A stretch of DNA of 64,000 nucleotides, taken from the NCBI GenBank assembly GCA_001871415.1, contig MNWW01000058.1, forward strand, positions 62,001 through 126,000, given 5' to 3'. This stretch comes from Candidatus Woesearchaeota archaeon CG1_02_57_44 (GTDB taxonomy: Archaea; Nanobdellota; Nanobdellia; Woesearchaeales; CG1-02-57-44). This document shows, one piece after another, positions 61,143 through 64,000 of the stretch (the stretch's first letter is position 1; each line of letters starts with the position of its first letter). The notes under the pieces were generated by a model. It was not told the origin of the DNA. It did no database searches and was given only the letters and a program-made list of their open reading frames with translations. The translations under genes and the position numbers were made by a program.

Positions 61143-62581
61143 CCAAGCACGCTGGCAAGACGCTCTATGACAAGATCTTTGACCTGCATACCGTGAGGCA
61201 GCTGCCTACTGGTCAATATCAGCTCTTCATCGGCCTGCACCTGGTGCATGAGGTGACCAGCCCCCAAGCATTCGCGATGCTCCGGGAACGTGGACTGAAG
61301 GTGGCTTATCCAGAGCGCACGTTCGCGACCGTGGATCACATTGTCCCCACGCACGACCAGAAACGCCCCTACCAGGATGCGCAGGCAGAGAAGATGATAG
61401 CGGCAATGGAATCGAACGCGAAGGAGTTCTGCTTCATGCTCTACAATACGCAGAGCGGCAAGCAGGGCGTGGTGCACATCATCGGTCCCGAGCTTGGCCT
61501 GACGCAGCCAGGCATGACCATCGCATGCGGCGACTCGCACACCAGCACGCACGGCGCGTTCGGCGCCCTCGCGTTCGGCATCGGCACCAGCCAGGTCCGG
61601 GATGTGCTGGCCACGCAGACGCTCGCCATCAACAGGCTCAAGGTCAGGCGCATCAATGTGACAGGCAGCCTGAAGCCAGGTGTCTACGCAAAGGATGTCG
61701 TGCTCGCCATCATCCGCAAGCTGGGCGTGAAAGGCGGCATCGGTTATGCCTATGAATACGGAGGCAGTGCCATTGAAGCACTGAGCATGGAAGGCAGGAT
61801 GACGCTGTGCAACATGACAATAGAAGGGGGTGCTCTGTGCGGTTATGTCAATCCTGACAAGACGACGTTCAGCTACCTGCAGGGCCGCGAGTTCGCGCCT
61901 GGTCTTGACGCATGGGATCGCGCGGTCGCGTTCTGGAGCAGCATGGCATCGGACGCTGACGCGGTCTATGATGATGTGGTGGAAATAGACGGTTCAGTGC
62001 TCTCGCCCATGGTCACCTGGGGCATCAATCCCGGACAGGCCATAGGCATCGACGAGAACGTGCCTGACCCTGCCAGCATGATCGCTGATGAGGCGCAAGT
62101 GGCATCGCGGGCATTGGCGCACATGGGACTTGTTGCGGGACAGCCAATCACGGGAACACCGGTGGATGTGGTCTTCATCGGCAGCTGCACCAATGGCAGG
62201 CTGTCTGACCTGCGCGAGGCGGCCAGGATAGCGAAGGGGAAGAGGGTGCACGCGGGCGTGAAAGCGCTCGTCGTCCCTGGCAGCCAGCAGGTCAAGAAGA
62301 CGGCGGAAGCAGAAGGCCTCGACAAGATCTTCACTACGGCGGGCTTCGAGTGGCGCAGCGCTGGGTGCAGCATGTGCCTTGCGATGAACCCAGACAAGCT
62401 GCAGGGCAACCAGCTTTCGGCGAGCAGCAGCAACCGCAACTTCATCGGCAGGCAGGGCAGCCCCACGGGCAGGACACTGCTCATGAGCCCTGCCATGTGC
62501 GCGGCCGCGGCGATCGCAGGAAAGGTCGTGGATGTGCGGGCGGTCGATGTGCGTGCGGCAGCTGCGCTGGAGGTGAGGTGA
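61139..62581 (+). CDS. leuC: 3-isopropylmalate dehydratase large subunit
   Basis: [46 protein letters not shown]. Confidence 0.97.
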   Translation: MTKHAGKTLYDKIFDLHTVRQLPTGQYQLFIGLHLVHEVTSPQAFAMLRERGLKVAYPERTFATVDHIVPTHDQKRPYQDAQAEKMIAAMESNAKEFCFMLYNTQSGKQGVVHIIGPELGLTQPGMTIACGDSHTSTHGAFGALAFGIGTSQVRDVLATQTLAINRLKVRRINVTGSLKPGVYAKDVVLAIIRKLGVKGGIGYAYEYGGSAIEALSMEGRMTLCNMTIEGGALCGYVNPDKTTFSYLQGREFAPGLDAWDRAVAFWSSMASDADAVYDDVVEIDGSVLSPMVTWGINPGQAIGIDENVPDPASMIADEAQVASRALAHMGLVAGQPITGTPVDVVFIGSCTNGRLSDLREAARIAKGKRVHAGVKALVVPGSQQVKKTAEAEGLDKIFTTAGFEWRSAGCSMCLAMNPDKLQGNQLSASSSNRNFIGRQGSPTGRTLLMSPAMCAAAAIAGKVVDVRAVDVRAAAALEVR

Positions 62582-63241
62582 ATGGCGAAGCATATCATCG
62601 AGGTGTCTGGCAGAGGGGTCGTGGTCAGGGGCAATGACATCGACACAGACCGCATCATCCCTGCGCGCTACATGAAGGAGATAACCTTCGACCATATGGG
62701 CGAGTACGCGTTCTATGATGAGCGCTTTACGCAGGAATTGGGTCGGGATGGCAAGCCGCAGCAGAAGGCGCATCCCTTCAATGACGTACGCTTCCGGGGT
62801 GCGTCCATCCTGCTCGTCAACAAGAACTTCGGCTGCGGCAGCTCGCGCGAGCACGCTCCCCAGGCGCTCATGCGCTGGGGCATCACCGCGATAGTTGGCG
62901 AGAGCTTCGCTGCCATCTTCGCGGGCAACTGCACCATGCTGGGCATACCGACCCTGACAGTATCGTCGCAGGAAATCGAGGAGCTGATGCAGCAGGTAGA
63001 GGCGCATCCGCAGGAACAGCTGGTGCTGGACATCGCGGCAGTCCGGATCGCCGCGGGCAACCTGCGGGGGGAGGCGTCCATGCCTGAATCCATCAGGAAG
63101 GCACTTACCGAAGGCACCTGGGATTCGACATCGCTGTTGCTGGACGGCAAGGACGCCATAGCGGCGCTGGCGAAGCGATTGCCGTACCTTAACACCTTCC
63201 GCGGAGGGTCGCAGGGCACAGGCGACGTCGGGAGAGCGTAG
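62582..63241 (+). CDS. leuD: 3-isopropylmalate dehydratase small subunit
   Basis: DIDTDRIIP, NFGCGSSREHA, SFAAIF. Confidence 0.96.
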   Translation: MAKHIIEVSGRGVVVRGNDIDTDRIIPARYMKEITFDHMGEYAFYDERFTQELGRDGKPQQKAHPFNDVRFRGASILLVNKNFGCGSSREHAPQALMRWGITAIVGESFAAIFAGNCTMLGIPTLTVSSQEIEELMQQVEAHPQEQLVLDIAAVRIAAGNLRGEASMPESIRKALTEGTWDSTSLLLDGKDAIAALAKRLPYLNTFRGGSQGTGDVGRA

Positions 63242-63334
63242 GGCATTCACGTATGTGACGAGCATTCCTGCACATAACGAGAACCATAAATCGAAGTCAT
63301 AGAAACCATATACCACGGCAATCGAGGCGAAAAC

Positions 63335-64000
63335 ATGAGCGGGACAGGAAAAAAGATCGCGGTGCTGCCGGGCGATGGCATCGGACCTGAAGTCATGGCT
63401 GAAGCATTGAAGGTGCTCAAAGCTGTCGAGACAAAGCACAAGGTCACGTTCCAGTGCACCACCGCCGATGTCGGCGGCATGGCGCATGACAAGCATGGCA
63501 CAGCGCTTCCGCCAAAGACCCTGGAGCTCTGCGAAAAAAGCGATGCCATATTGTTCGGCAGCGTCGGCGGGCCGAAATGGGACAACCTGCCATCTGACCA
63601 GAAAGTGGAGCGCGCGGCGCTGCTGCGCCTGCGCAAGCACTTCAATCTCTTCGCGAACCTGCGGCCCGCCATCTGCTACAGCGAGCTTGCCTCAGCGTCG
63701 CCGCTGCGCGCGGACATCGTGGGCAATGGCTTTGACATCCTGGTCATAAGAGAATTGACGAGCGGCATCTACTTCGGCCGTAAGGGTGAGGAGAAGGACC
63801 ACGCGTTCGACGAGATGCTCTATCGCAGGGATGAGGTGGAGCGCATCGCGAAAGTCGCGTTCGAGACAGCGCGGCAACGCAAAGGGCATGTGACCTGTGT
63901 GGACAAGAGCAATGTGCTGCAGAGCAGCATGTTCTGGCGGCGCATCGTCAATGAGGTGCATCGAGGGTACAACGATGTGGCATTGGATCACCTCTACATC
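63335..64000 (+). CDS. leuB: 3-isopropylmalate dehydrogenase (partial, runs off the window)
   Basis: [47 protein letters not shown]. Confidence 0.95.
   Translation, partial: MSGTGKKIAVLPGDGIGPEVMAEALKVLKAVETKHKVTFQCTTADVGGMAHDKHGTALPPKTLELCEKSDAILFGSVGGPKWDNLPSDQKVERAALLRLRKHFNLFANLRPAICYSELASASPLRADIVGNGFDILVIRELTSGIYFGRKGEEKDHAFDEMLYRRDEVERIAKVAFETARQRKGHVTCVDKSNVLQSSMFWRRIVNEVHRGYNDVALDHLYI

Noticed and set aside
61994..63640. Long antisense ORFs (also 57118-58317, 44845-45882, 8563-9597, 16980-17978)
   Set aside because: Shadow frames of well-supported GC-rich genes with no motifs

Overview
Archaeal chromosomal DNA. A Woesearchaeota/DPANN-like origin is inferred from the S-layer protein, class III signal peptides, a DSDG/Cys surface module, TrmB regulators, archease-RtcB, PAC2, Pth2, NreA, CCA-less tRNAs and TATA boxes ~25 nt upstream of leaderless starts. 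The first ~44 kb is mostly housekeeping and surface genes (tpiA, eno, S-layer, nth, trxB, smc, hppA, rtcB, corA), four tRNAs (Leu-TAG, Lys-CTT, Ser-TGA, intron-containing Glu-CTC) and a 56-aa histone that the ORF track misses. The last ~20 kb holds a bacterial-type branched-chain amino acid pathway (ilvD, ilvE, leuA-ilvB-ilvN-leuC-leuD-leuB). Between ilvD and ilvE sit regulator-linked accessory cassettes: an Asp/Glu racemase, a beta-barrel-like protein, Fur/ZIP, and a methyltransferase plus B12-radical SAM pair. The most notable signal is an unannotated 24-codon, apparently leaderless uORF (MHDNHSITGSAIIGKSVLLLVLVL, 56930-57004) directly ahead of leuA. It ends in eight consecutive Leu/Val codons and is followed by alternative hairpins, making it a candidate leader-peptide attenuator under an archaeal promoter. 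No CRISPR array, integrase or transposase was seen. All calls are by eye; no searches or folding calculations were run.
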